A stretch of DNA of 64,000 nt from Sporolactobacillus sp. (GTDB taxonomy: Bacteria; Bacillota; Bacilli; Bacillales; Sporolactobacillaceae), in NCBI GenBank assembly GCA_048976585.1, contig JBHGUY010000009.1, positions 148 through 64,147 on the forward strand, read 5' to 3'. The notes beneath the pieces are model-generated. The model searched no databases. It saw only the letters and a list, made by a program, of their open reading frames with translations, and was not told where the DNA came from. Positions 9,702 to 20,017 of the stretch are shown piece after piece. Each line of letters opens with the position of its first letter. Within the stretch, counting starts at the first letter, position 1. The position numbers and the translations under genes were made by a program.

Positions 9702-10541
9702 TTACCCTCTCGATTTTCCCCCAGCGATATTATAGGTTGTACCGGTGATATAACTTGCTCGTTTAGAGCTTAAATAAAGAACAAGATCAGCAACTTCTGA
9801 CAGTTTTCCATCACGTCTCAAAGGTATCGACTTGTTTGTATACCCCTGTCGCAGCTGATCAACTGTTATTCCTCTCGTGTAAGCCAGTGCTTCTTCATAA
9901 GCGGGTGTGCGTAAACCTGTTTTTTCTAGAATACCTGGAGCAACACCAACAACACGAATATTATATTTTCCCAATTCTTTTGCCCACGATCTCGTAAAGC
10001 TATATATCGCTGCCTTTGTCGCTGCATAGCCGCTCTGACCTTCGGAGCCTTCAAGGCCGCTTTCGGAAACCATATTGATAATAACGCCTTTATCTGCCTT
10101 AACCATTTCTCTGCCGACAAGCTGTGAGCAAAGGAACACCCCTTTTTGATTGATATCAATCATTTTACCAATGGCCTGATCACTTAATTCAAATTTTCCC
10201 CCTGTTTCTTTTGAATCGACAAGCAACCGTGGGAGATTAATTCCTGCGTTATTGACAAGAACGTCAATACCCCCAAATTTTTCAAATGATTTTTGAACGA
10301 GGGCTTCGACGCTTTCACGCTGCGCGACATTGGTTTTAACAAACAATAATTGGTTATCCGCTGCCTTTTGGATCACTTCTTCCGGTGGTTCCTGCAGGTC
10401 CGCAACAACTACATTGGCATGATTTTCGAGGAGTGCTTCGACAATTGACTGACCAATTCCGGATGATCCCCCTGTAATAATAAACGTTTGGTTATTCAGT
10501 TCTAACCATTCTCCCAATTTATTCCCCTCCGTAAGAATCAA
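9702..10541 (-). CDS. sorD: D-glucitol(sorbitol)-6-phosphate 2-dehydrogenase (SDR)
   Basis: TGGSSGIG, NNAGINLPRLLVD, SESGLEGSEGQSGYAATK (YxxxK). Confidence 0.88.
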   Translation of the reverse strand: MILTEGNKLGEWLELNNQTFIITGGSSGIGQSIVEALLENHANVVVADLQEPPEEVIQKAADNQLLFVKTNVAQRESVEALVQKSFEKFGGIDVLVNNAGINLPRLLVDSKETGGKFELSDQAIGKMIDINQKGVFLCSQLVGREMVKADKGVIINMVSESGLEGSEGQSGYAATKAAIYSFTRSWAKELGKYNIRVVGVAPGILEKTGLRTPAYEEALAYTRGITVDQLRQGYTNKSIPLRRDGKLSEVADLVLYLSSKRASYITGTTYNIAGGKSRG

Positions 10542-10559
10542 GTTAAATAAATAGCGTCA

Positions 10560-10719
10560 ATCACAATTGTGATTTAAATGACCATTTGTGATTACACTTA
10601 TATTATATAGCGCTTTCATCAAATGACAACCCCCTATTATTGAGTATTTGTGACGATAATTCACATTTGATGATTTACATGGGAAGGTGACATGATATAA
10701 TGAGACAGAATCACAAATG
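10560..10719. promoter_or_regulatory. Divergent sor control region with repeated TCACAAWTG half-sites and a cre-like site
   Basis: Palindrome ATCACAATTGTGAT at 10560-10573; related half-sites at 10583, 10645, 10661 and 10711; cre-like ATGAAAGCGCTATA on the minus strand at ~10606-10619. Confidence 0.55.
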
Positions 10720-10742
10720 TTCAAATATTTTTTCATGTGTGA

Positions 10743-11708
10743 TTGGAGGAGTTTATTATCGACTTAAAAACAAAAGAACTTTATCTTAAAATTGCGCAGA
10801 TGTACTATGAACTTGATTTAACTCAGAATCAAATCGCCCAGAAAACGGGAATTAATCGAAGCACCATTAGTCGTCTTTTAAAAAAAATCCGTGATGAAGG
10901 GATCGTTAAAATCATTATTAACTATGATTTGACGGATCCATCTCTGGCCAAAAAATTGCAAGATAAATTTTCACTCAAACAAGCCATTGTTGTTTCAGTC
11001 AACGAAAATCAATCCAGCGATTTTAAATTGCGTACAGTGGGGCAAGCCTGTGCTAAATTTTTAGATCAAATCGTTGCAGACAACGATGTCATCGGATTTT
11101 CCTGGGGAGGCAGTCTTGCTGAAACTATCAATTCATTAGAGGTCTCAAAAAAGAGGAAGAATATTCGTTGTGTCCCGCTTCTTGGCGGGCCAGCCAGTAA
11201 ACTGGAAAGCAAATATCATGTGAATACGATTTGTTATGAGGCAGCTCAAAAATTTGAAGGACAATCAATGATGATCGACTTTCCGGCGATTGTAGAGAAC
11301 GCCATCATGCGCAGAGATATTTTAGAGACCGATTATTATAAAAAAATAGTTAACACGTGGAAAAAGATTTCACTCGCTGTTTTTGGCATTGGATCAATTA
11401 AGATCGCCCAACGTTCGACATGGCTTGCTTTCTATGGCAATGACACGGTAGAAAAGCTCTCGAGTGAAGGAGTCGCCGGTGATATATGTTCACGTTTTTT
11501 TGATATCAATGGCAATCAAATTGACACCCATCTGACCGAAAGAACCATTTCTATCCCATTGGAGAAATTAAGAGATTGCCGTTATTCTATTGGCGTTGCT
11601 GAATCATTGGAGAAAGTTTCCGGCATTATTGGCGCTTTAAGAGGTGGTTATATGAATGTCCTGGTGACAACAGATGAGACGGCCAGAGAAATATTAAACC
11701 GAACCTAA
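10743..11708 (+). CDS. sorC: SorC/DeoR sugar-binding transcriptional regulator
   Basis: KIAQMYYELDLTQNQIA HTH, IGFSWGG, GDICSRFFD. True start uncertain (see findings). Confidence 0.88.
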   Translation: MEEFIIDLKTKELYLKIAQMYYELDLTQNQIAQKTGINRSTISRLLKKIRDEGIVKIIINYDLTDPSLAKKLQDKFSLKQAIVVSVNENQSSDFKLRTVGQACAKFLDQIVADNDVIGFSWGGSLAETINSLEVSKKRKNIRCVPLLGGPASKLESKYHVNTICYEAAQKFEGQSMMIDFPAIVENAIMRRDILETDYYKKIVNTWKKISLAVFGIGSIKIAQRSTWLAFYGNDTVEKLSSEGVAGDICSRFFDINGNQIDTHLTERTISIPLEKLRDCRYSIGVAESLEKVSGIIGALRGGYMNVLVTTDETAREILNRT

Positions 11709-11741
11709 TTTTTCGAGCGGTCCTTAAATAAACTTTATAAA

Positions 11742-11769
11742 AAAAAGAACTCTCAACTGAGTTCTTTTT
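11742..11769. terminator. Bidirectional terminator between sorC and the autolysin gene
   Basis: AAAAAGAACTC-N6-GAGTTCTTTTT. Confidence 0.8.
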
Positions 11770-11780
11770 CTTACCCTTGA

Positions 11781-13133
11781 TTACATCCCATTCGTGACAT
11801 AATAGGAAATATCTTTGTCAACTGCGCCAACGACACCGCTCGCGTGGCCGCTGCTGGTGTATTGCCAAATATCCGCCGAAAACCCTGGTCCAAGATACGT
11901 CTCTTGGCCTCGGTAGCGGGCAACCCAAATCAGAAATTTAGGCTGTGCGGGCTGAGCCTGTGTGATCTGCGGCAGATTCAAATCGGTATTGAAAAAACTC
12001 ATCCCGGAATAGATGCCCAGTTGATTCAATCCATTCGCGCGCATTTGATCAAGGAAGGCGAGAACCGAATTTGTCAAAGCCGTTTTTCCACCAGCATTAT
12101 TGGTTTCGACATCGACAAATAAATACTGGAAATGCACGCCGTCTTTCGTGGCGACATTTTTTACGGTCGAGGCAAAATGATTGGCTTCATTTCGCGCGGC
12201 TTCAGGGGAACTCGCGCGGAGGAAATGATACGCGTCAACAGTCAGACCGGCATGACTCGCTCCAACACTATTTCTCTCAAAATGGGCATCCGGTGCACTA
12301 GTACCGTCAGTCGCTTTGGTGATGATAAAACTGTTTCCGTCCTGTTTGATTGCGTTGAAGTCCACCGTATTTTGATAGTGAGAAATATCAATTCCAAACT
12401 GCGAAGATGCGGTCGTCGGCGGATCAGATGGCGTGCGATCATACGAAACCGGCTTTGTGGTCGTCAGGTAACGATTCTGCACATATCCGGAAGTACTGCT
12501 TGATCGGACAAGTGCATACTTATTGCCTTTTCCGAGAACGGTCACTGACTGATTTCGGCTCAGCGTCTTGCGAACCTTGTAGTGCGTGCTCGCCTGTGTG
12601 CGAATCTTCAAAGTCGGTGAAGTGACATATGCCGTATAGGTGTGAAATGCGGAGTGGCTCAGGCAGGCATTGCGAACGTAACCGTTCGTTCCGCCATATT
12701 GAATCAACGCATATTTATTTCCTTTACCGATTACCGTCACTTTATTCGCCATCGCCAGCGTGCGGCGCGTTGTATAGTGAATGCTTGCCTGACTGCGCAT
12801 CTTAAGGGTATAGGAAGTTACGTAGCCTGTCTGCGATTGGAATTTACTCCGATTCAAATATTGTGCCTGGACATATCCGGTCGTGCTGCCATAGCGCACA
12901 CGCGAATATTTGCCGGAACGCCCAATCACGGACACCTTATTCGTCATCGCCAGCGTGCGCAGCGTCCGATAATGCGTGCTTGCACGGCTGCGAATCTTCA
13001 GAGTATATGTAGTCACATAAGCGCTGTAAGATGAACTCGCATGCGCCGTACCTGCTGGCGGTCCAGCCAGCATAAGTACCCAAATCAAGCCAATCAAGAG
13101 GCAGGGTATCCATCGCTTTACTCTTTGTTCCAC
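11781..13133 (-). CDS. Secreted GH25 muramidase/autolysin with three N-terminal SH3b-like repeats
   Basis: Signal peptide (AHA); three ~64-aa repeats YVTxxTLKxRxxASxHY; GIDISHYQ and DVE catalytic motifs. Confidence 0.88.
   Translation of the reverse strand: MEQRVKRWIPCLLIGLIWVLMLAGPPAGTAHASSSYSAYVTTYTLKIRSRASTHYRTLRTLAMTNKVSVIGRSGKYSRVRYGSTTGYVQAQYLNRSKFQSQTGYVTSYTLKMRSQASIHYTTRRTLAMANKVTVIGKGNKYALIQYGGTNGYVRNACLSHSAFHTYTAYVTSPTLKIRTQASTHYKVRKTLSRNQSVTVLGKGNKYALVRSSSTSGYVQNRYLTTTKPVSYDRTPSDPPTTASSQFGIDISHYQNTVDFNAIKQDGNSFIITKATDGTSAPDAHFERNSVGASHAGLTVDAYHFLRASSPEAARNEANHFASTVKNVATKDGVHFQYLFVDVETNNAGGKTALTNSVLAFLDQMRANGLNQLGIYSGMSFFNTDLNLPQITQAQPAQPKFLIWVARYRGQETYLGPGFSADIWQYTSSGHASGVVGAVDKDISYYVTNGM
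12545..13035 (-). repeat. Three ~195-bp intragenic repeats encoding the SH3b-like domains
   Basis: TTATTCG(C/T)CATCGCCAGCGTGCG at ~12742 and ~12937, plus the protein-level triplication. Confidence 0.75.
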
Positions 13134-13398
13134 TCTTCACGCTCCTCCTTTATTAGTAGCTTGCTAGATTCCCAGCCCTAAATGCAAGAGATGGCTTAAA
13201 AACTACTATTCATCTATTATATCGGAAAAAGCATCTCAATTTACAGACAATTAGATGACAGGTCCGTATTTTTTTGAAAATATCTGTTGAAAATCCCTTT
13301 TATAATTGGAAGAAAGAGGGATTACTGTATTTTTCTCTTATTTCATAGGTGCCGAATGGAGACCTTTTATACTAGAGCTAGGAATTGGAGGTGATCAT

Positions 13399-14745
13399 AT
13401 GGAACCGAATCTGCTTCCTTTTCAACCAAGGACCAACCCCCATCGTTTCTATTTGACAATTAAAACAAAATTTTGGATCAGTCATTCGATTTCGATCATC
13501 TGGCTGATTTTTTCTATTTATCTTTCCCTGCCCTGGCTGCAGGATCTTGCGAGCCTTGTGAACTATCCGGCAGCACTGTTAATGATCACCGGAATCGCTT
13601 ATATTCCCGGTTATATGAACGCCTTCCTGATTGTCAGTTTAGTTCTGGATCGGCAACCATCCTTTGAAACCGATTCTCCGAAAGATGCGCTTACTGTGCT
13701 GATTGCGGCCCATAATGAAGAAAAGACCATTTTCAATACATTGAAGTATGTCGCCAATCAGGATTATCAGGGAAAAATTCGGGTCCTCGTGATCAATAAT
13801 TGTTCTTCGGATCAAACCGACAAAGAAGTTGACCGCGCCCAAAGCATGCTCAAGCTAGACATTCACTTGCTTCATGAAAAAAATCCAGGAAAGTTTCATG
13901 CATTGAATACTGGACTCATGCGGGTCAAGGATCACTATGTCATCACTTTGGATGCCGATACGCTGATCCACCCGTCGGCGATACGCTTCCTAGTCGCCCG
14001 AATCAAAAACAGTCCGGCAAGCGTCTGCGCGGTCGCTGGATCAATGCTGGTGCGAAACAGCCGCGAAAGTTTCTGGACGAAGATGCAGGAATGGGATTAT
14101 TTTCTAGGCATTGCCTCAATCAAAAGACTACAAGGATTGTATCAGGGAACACTGGTCGCTCAAGGAGCATTCAGCTTATATAAAACGGATTGTGTGCAGG
14201 CAGTGAACGGTTGGCCGGACGCGATCGGTGAAGACATCGTGCTCACCTGGCGTCTGTTGCGCCGGGGCTGGAATGTCTATTTCGAACCGCTCGCCGCAGC
14301 ATTTACGGATGCACCGGCGACGCTGCCGCATTTTGCCAAACAGCGATCACGCTGGGCCCGGGGAATGATTGAAGGCCTGCAAGAAATCAAACCTTGGCAG
14401 CAGCCTGTTCCGTTCACGAAATATATGACCGGCGTTAACCTCGTCATGCCTTATCTTGATTTTACCTTCACCTTCTGCTGGATGCCCGGGCTGATCATCG
14501 CTTGTTTCGGCCAGTATTGGATTGTTGGACCGACAACTCTGCTCATTCTGCCGCTCACCCTGGTCAGCTTCGGATTTCTCTTTCTCTATCAGCGGAATAT
14601 TGTTTTCAACAAACTGAATCTGAAAGTTCGCAGAAACCTGATCGGACTAATCAGCTTTATCCTCTTTTATCAACTGATCATGTCGCCCGTATCCGTCTGG
14701 GGTTATTTGCAGGAATTCTTTAAACTGAAACGAAGATGGGATTAA
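13399..14745 (+). CDS. Processive GT2 glycosyltransferase (IcaA/PgaC-like)
   Basis: DAD, IGED and QRSRW motifs plus TM helices. SD GGAGGTGA supports ATG 13399. Confidence 0.85.
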   Translation: MEPNLLPFQPRTNPHRFYLTIKTKFWISHSISIIWLIFSIYLSLPWLQDLASLVNYPAALLMITGIAYIPGYMNAFLIVSLVLDRQPSFETDSPKDALTVLIAAHNEEKTIFNTLKYVANQDYQGKIRVLVINNCSSDQTDKEVDRAQSMLKLDIHLLHEKNPGKFHALNTGLMRVKDHYVITLDADTLIHPSAIRFLVARIKNSPASVCAVAGSMLVRNSRESFWTKMQEWDYFLGIASIKRLQGLYQGTLVAQGAFSLYKTDCVQAVNGWPDAIGEDIVLTWRLLRRGWNVYFEPLAAAFTDAPATLPHFAKQRSRWARGMIEGLQEIKPWQQPVPFTKYMTGVNLVMPYLDFTFTFCWMPGLIIACFGQYWIVGPTTLLILPLTLVSFGFLFLYQRNIVFNKLNLKVRRNLIGLISFILFYQLIMSPVSVWGYLQEFFKLKRRWD

Positions 14746-14969
14746 AAGAACACTCACCGTGCGCAGCACCATTTTTTCGTGGATCTTATCTGATAAATTT
14801 GCCGGCCAGCTTCACGAAGTCAGCGAATTCACACGCCGTTTCAGAGACTTATATCCTTTCATACACAATTTTATGTAAATCGCTATTCATCATGCGCATA
14901 ATCCTTTATTCTTAAAAGAGGAACAAATGGTAAATTTGTTTAATTTTTTAATGATTCGAGGGATTTTAT

Positions 14970-16400
14970 ATGAAGAAAAATACACATGCATCATGCACCA
15001 GTTTCCTAGCCGGCAAAAAAGCGACTTTGGACGGATCGACGCTGATTGGTCGGAATGAGGATAATTATGTCGTGCTCGCGCCGCAGCGCCTCGCTGTCCA
15101 CGCGCATCAGGAATTGGATCATGAGGAAACGTATCATTCGCATCATAATGATTTTACGATCGACCTGCCTAAGATCCGCTATCGTTACACATCCACTCCA
15201 GATGCTGTCGATGATTATGACACCTACGAAGGATCAGGAATTAACGAGAAAAATGTGGCGATGAGCGCGACAGAGAGCATCTATGCCAATGCGCGCGTGC
15301 TCGGCTATGATCCGCTGAACCTCGAAACCGGAATCGCTGAGGAAAGTATGGTTACGGTTGTCCTCCCCTATATCCAATCTGCCCGGGAAGGCGTCCTGCG
15401 GCTCGGCAAAATTGTCGAAACGCACGGTGCGGCTGAATCCAATGGTATGCTTTTCGCCGACAAAGATGAGGTCTGGTATATGGAAATCGCCACGGGCCAT
15501 CTCTGGGCCGCGCAGCGCATCCCGGATGATTGCTACGCCGTGGTGGCCAACCAAATGGCGATTCAGGAAATCGAGCCGGAGGATAAAGACCATTTTCTGG
15601 TTGCTCCCGGACTGGTTGATTTTATCGAAAATCATCATTTAAACACAGGTTTCAGCACCTTGAACTTCCGCAATATTCTCGGTACACAGAACGAATTCGA
15701 TCATCATTACAATACACCGCGTGTCTGGTACGGGCAAAAATACCTGAACCCGGAAGTGGAACAGGATCCGATTTCGAACACGCTCCCCTTTCTTCGCAAA
15801 GCCAATCGCAAAATTGGGCCGGAAGATGTGCAGTTTGTGCTGAGTTCCCACTATCAGGAAACGCCGTATGATCCGCTTGGCAATGGTTCGAAGGAGGAGC
15901 GGACGCGTTTCCGTGCTGTCTCGCTGAATCGAACGCAGAATTCACATATCCTGCAAATTCGGCCGGACGTTCCCGCCGAAATCGCCGGAATGCATTGGGT
16001 GGCCTTTGGAACCAACGTCTTTAGCCCCTACGTCCCCTTTTACACTCACATTAATCGAATTCCGGAAAGTTACGCCGTCACTCCGGAAAAAATGTCGATG
16101 AAATCGGCTTATTGGCTGCACCGAATCATTTCCGTGATCGCCGAGCCGCATTTTCGAATGTTTCAAAAACCCGTCAATGATTTTAAAGATCAGGTGCACA
16201 GCCTCTCTTTGAATAATTTGGCAGAAACCGATGAAAAAGCAAAATCGGCTTCTCCTGATGATCTGCAGCAGCTGCTCGAAGCCGCAAATGAGAAAAATGC
16301 GGCAATTGCCATCGATAAAACAATGGAGCTGCTGCAGCAATTAGCAACGGACTCCTTGTCTCTGTCCAAATTGAGCTTCAGCATGGACGAGAATTTGTAA
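14970..16400 (+). CDS. pepD: Peptidase C69 dipeptidase
   Basis: N-terminal CTSFLAGKKATLDGSTLIGRNED (Ntn Cys); HHYNTPRVWYGQ. Confidence 0.9.
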   Translation: MKKNTHASCTSFLAGKKATLDGSTLIGRNEDNYVVLAPQRLAVHAHQELDHEETYHSHHNDFTIDLPKIRYRYTSTPDAVDDYDTYEGSGINEKNVAMSATESIYANARVLGYDPLNLETGIAEESMVTVVLPYIQSAREGVLRLGKIVETHGAAESNGMLFADKDEVWYMEIATGHLWAAQRIPDDCYAVVANQMAIQEIEPEDKDHFLVAPGLVDFIENHHLNTGFSTLNFRNILGTQNEFDHHYNTPRVWYGQKYLNPEVEQDPISNTLPFLRKANRKIGPEDVQFVLSSHYQETPYDPLGNGSKEERTRFRAVSLNRTQNSHILQIRPDVPAEIAGMHWVAFGTNVFSPYVPFYTHINRIPESYAVTPEKMSMKSAYWLHRIISVIAEPHFRMFQKPVNDFKDQVHSLSLNNLAETDEKAKSASPDDLQQLLEAANEKNAAIAIDKTMELLQQLATDSLSLSKLSFSMDENL

Positions 16401-16642
16401 ACTTCATCTTGCGCTTAGAAAAGAAGGCTTCCCGTTAAAATTGTCGGAAAATCTTCTTTTTTTCTCCATTCGGCTCCCCATTAATTGTTTCACTTGTTAC
16501 TCACGTCTTTCGATTTGTAACAGAGAGCCGCTTTACAAAATCGAAAGAGATGCATACACTTAGAATTAAAATCTTTTTTCATGCGAATGATTAATCGAGT
16601 TGCTAGCCTAAAGTTTGCATGTTTTATTAAGGAGAACAGAAA

Positions 16643-17557
16643 ATGGTCGATTTGCCAAGTATTACAGAACTTGAAGATTTTCTAATCTACGGGCGTTTAA
16701 AAAACTTTTCTCTCGCCGCAAATGAAGCCAATGTGACTCAATCCGCCTTCAGTTTTCAGATGAAAAAGCTTGAGGAAACAATCGGTGTTCAATTGATCGA
16801 ACGGTCAAACCGCGGAAGCCGTCTAACACCTGAAGGTGAATTCTTCTACCGGAAAATTAATGAAATCCTGCCGAACTTGAAAGCGACCATTTATGACGTG
16901 CAGCAGATTAACGGGAAAAAACCGCTTGAGTTAAAAGTTGGGGTTCTAACCTCACTCGGTGATGTGTTAATGAACCAGCACGCGGCCTATTTTCATCAGA
17001 AATATTCCAATATCTTTATCACGGTATACAGCATGGAGAAAGATAGTTTGCTCCAATCGCTTGAAAGTGAAAACATTGACATTGCCTCCACCTTTCTTTC
17101 CTCGGATATCAAGGTCGGCAATTATAATCAAGCGTTTTTCAGAACTGATCGAATCGTCTACTATGCGCCAAAGCTTTCCATACCTGGGAAAGAGATTGCC
17201 GCGAAAGAGATCCTGCAATTTCCCTTTGTCAAATACCCAACACATTATTTAATGAGCGCTATTACGGATGCTTATCTGAGTAAACAAGCGCACGCGGAGC
17301 CAAGGGCAACCGTTCAACTCTCCACGCCCTACGCCATCATTAACTATTGCAAAGAAAACGATGCCGGCGCCCTGCTTCCTGAACGCCTATTAACCGCGCT
17401 GGAAGAAAATAAGAAACAAGGCAAACAATACACCCTTGACCCGGTCTTTGATTTGAAAACCTACCTACTTTACAAAAAAGGAAACCCCAAATATCAAGTC
17501 ATGAAGCTATTCATCGACTATGTCATCAAGCTTAATCAAGCGTTCCGTTTAAGCTGA
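16643..17557 (+). CDS. LysR family transcriptional regulator upstream of the lar cluster
   Basis: NFSLAANEANVTQSAFSFQMKKLEETIG LysR HTH. Confidence 0.9.
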   Translation: MVDLPSITELEDFLIYGRLKNFSLAANEANVTQSAFSFQMKKLEETIGVQLIERSNRGSRLTPEGEFFYRKINEILPNLKATIYDVQQINGKKPLELKVGVLTSLGDVLMNQHAAYFHQKYSNIFITVYSMEKDSLLQSLESENIDIASTFLSSDIKVGNYNQAFFRTDRIVYYAPKLSIPGKEIAAKEILQFPFVKYPTHYLMSAITDAYLSKQAHAEPRATVQLSTPYAIINYCKENDAGALLPERLLTALEENKKQGKQYTLDPVFDLKTYLLYKKGNPKYQVMKLFIDYVIKLNQAFRLS

Positions 17558-17837
17558 TTTTCCCATCCTTTTTTACTCAATTTCTTTTTTAATATCATTC
17601 CATTTTTTTCATCGAAATATCTCTTGATTTCATCCTTCAAATTTCTGTTCACAAGATCTTCCCAACTTCTGACATTAATTTTTTTCATGACTGTCATCTT
17701 TATTATTTGTTATACAGGAGTGAAAGGCTAGGTGTATGCTTCTCATTGAGCTCAAGGCAGTCGCGGATTATCCGCATCGCTGCTTCCCAAGGGAAACAGA
17801 CAATCTCTGAAAGCAATTCCGAAGGAGTCATTTAAAA

Positions 17838-19112
17838 TTGGCATTGATAAATTTACCTTATGACAAAAAGATATTGTCCTTAAACATCAACGATAAAAAC
17901 TTAGCGGGTATTTTGAAATCACAGGCAGATAATTTTTCAGCCGATCAGAGTGAACAGGCGATTGTCGAGGCTTCGCTGGATCATCCGATTGGTTCACCAA
18001 AACTGGAGGAGCTTGCTAAAGGCAAGAAAAATATTGTCATTATCAGTTCCGATCACACACGTCCGGTCCCTTCAAAAATTACGATGCCGATTCTTCTGCG
18101 CCGCATTCGCACGGTCGAACCCCAAGCTGATATTAAAATTCTTGTCGCTACAGGCTTCCATCGTCCATCTACCCATGAAGAATTAGTCAGCAAATATGGC
18201 GAAGAAATTGTTGCCAATGAAGAAATCGTCATGCATGTGTCGAAAGACGATTCAGCGATGGTGCAGATTGGCACGCTGCCTTCCGGCGGACCCTGCATTA
18301 TTAATAAAGTGGCCGTTAATGCGGATCTGCTCATTGCTGAAGGCTTCATTGAATCCCATTTCTTTGCCGGTTTTTCAGGAGGACGCAAATCCGTCTTGCC
18401 GGGTGTTGCTTCTTACAAAACAATCATGGCCAACCACTGCGGTGAATTTATTGATTCAAATGAAGCGAGAACAGGCAATCTGCATCATAATCCGATTCAC
18501 AAAGATATGCTTTATGCGGCAAAGAAAGCCCAATTAAAATTCATTCTGAATGTTGTCTTAGATGAGCAAAAACAGATTATTAAAAGCTTTGCCGGTGATC
18601 TCGAAGAAGCCCATCAAACCGGCTGCCGTTTTGTAGAACAGATGGCAGAAGTGAAAAAGGTGCCCAGCGATATCACTATCGTGACCAATGGCGGTTATCC
18701 GTTGGATCAAAATATTTATCAGGCCGTTAAAGGAATGACCGCGGCAGAAGCGACCAACAAAGAAGGCGGCGTGATCGTCATGGTCGCCGGCTGCGCAGAT
18801 GGTCACGGCGGCGAAGGCTTTTACCGAAATATTGCCGATGTCGCTGATCCTGCTGACTTTCTCAAGCAGGCAACCCATACAGCGCGTCAGGAAACCGTGC
18901 CCGATCAGTGGACCTCTCAAATTCTGGCCCGCATCCTAACGAAGCACCACGTGATCATCATGTCCGATTTAGTTGATCCGCAATTAGTGACTTCCATGCA
19001 TATGGAACTGGCCAAAACACTCGATCAGGCGATGGAAAAAGCGTATCTGCGCGAAGGTAAAGATGCCAAGGTTACCGTCATTCCAGACGGACTGGGTGTC
19101 ATTGTTAAGTAA
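17838..19112 (+). CDS. larA: Nickel-pincer-dependent lactate racemase
   Basis: DHTRP, GFHR, ESHFFAGFSGGRKS, ANHC, YQAVKG; closely resembles L. plantarum LarA as recalled. Confidence 0.95.
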   Translation: MALINLPYDKKILSLNINDKNLAGILKSQADNFSADQSEQAIVEASLDHPIGSPKLEELAKGKKNIVIISSDHTRPVPSKITMPILLRRIRTVEPQADIKILVATGFHRPSTHEELVSKYGEEIVANEEIVMHVSKDDSAMVQIGTLPSGGPCIINKVAVNADLLIAEGFIESHFFAGFSGGRKSVLPGVASYKTIMANHCGEFIDSNEARTGNLHHNPIHKDMLYAAKKAQLKFILNVVLDEQKQIIKSFAGDLEEAHQTGCRFVEQMAEVKKVPSDITIVTNGGYPLDQNIYQAVKGMTAAEATNKEGGVIVMVAGCADGHGGEGFYRNIADVADPADFLKQATHTARQETVPDQWTSQILARILTKHHVIIMSDLVDPQLVTSMHMELAKTLDQAMEKAYLREGKDAKVTVIPDGLGVIVK

Positions 19113-19156
19113 AAATTTGTCTTGTCTTTGAACTATTTCTAAAGGGGTTTTTCAAC

Positions 19157-20017
19157 ATGCTTCCCAGCTCTAGTGCCAAACTTGAGAAATTGAAACAATT
19201 GCTGCACGGTTATGGAAAAATTGCCATTGCCTTTTCCGGAGGAGTGGACAGCACCTTTTTACTTGCTGTTGCCAATGAGGAATTGGGCGATGGAGCGCTC
19301 GCGCTGACCATTCAGTCGCCCACGATCACGGATGATGATTTAAGAGATGTCAAAGCCTTCTATCTCAAAAATACAGTGAACTATAAAATCATCCATTTAA
19401 ATCAACTGGATCGTCCCGCATTTCGTCATAATCCTGCTGATCGCTGCTATTACTGCAAACAAATGGAATTCACCAGTATGGCTGATGAAGCCAAAAAACA
19501 GGACATCCACTGGATCGCCGCCGGGATTAATCTCGACGACAAAGGTGATTATCGCCCCGGCATGCGGGCACTGAAAGAAATCGGTGTCGTCAGTCCGCTG
19601 AAAGAAGCCGGAATGACCAAAGCGGACATTCGCTATTTTTCCAAGCTTTATCACTTGCCGACATGGAACAAGCCGGCGAGCAGCTGCCTTGCTTCTCGGG
19701 TGCAGTATGGCGAAGTGATCACTGAAGAAAAGCTCCGGAAGATCAGTGCTGCGGAAAAGCTTCTGAAAGCCATGGGCATTCGGAACCTGCGTGTGCGCTA
19801 CCATCACGGCAACATCGCCCGGATCGAAGTGGCGCCGGAAGAACGTGCCTTCTTTTTTGACGCAGAAACGATGGACACAGTCGCTGCCCAGTTCCGGAAA
19901 ATTGGCTTTTCCTATACCGCCCTTGATTTGCAGGGCTATCGGCGTGGAAGTCTGAATGAAACGCTCGATCTGGAAACAAAACAAAAAGTAAAGATGACTA
20001 GCCATGTTTCAAGATAA
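19157..20017 (+). CDS. larE: ATP-dependent sulfur transferase LarE
   Basis: PP-loop [30 protein letters not shown]. Confidence 0.92.
   Translation: MLPSSSAKLEKLKQLLHGYGKIAIAFSGGVDSTFLLAVANEELGDGALALTIQSPTITDDDLRDVKAFYLKNTVNYKIIHLNQLDRPAFRHNPADRCYYCKQMEFTSMADEAKKQDIHWIAAGINLDDKGDYRPGMRALKEIGVVSPLKEAGMTKADIRYFSKLYHLPTWNKPASSCLASRVQYGEVITEEKLRKISAAEKLLKAMGIRNLRVRYHHGNIARIEVAPEERAFFFDAETMDTVAAQFRKIGFSYTALDLQGYRRGSLNETLDLETKQKVKMTSHVSR

Noticed and set aside
17790-17835. CTCTGAAAG and CCGAAGGAG resemble glycine riboswitch motifs
   Set aside because: Order and flanking helices do not fit; GAAGGAG is simply the larA SD.
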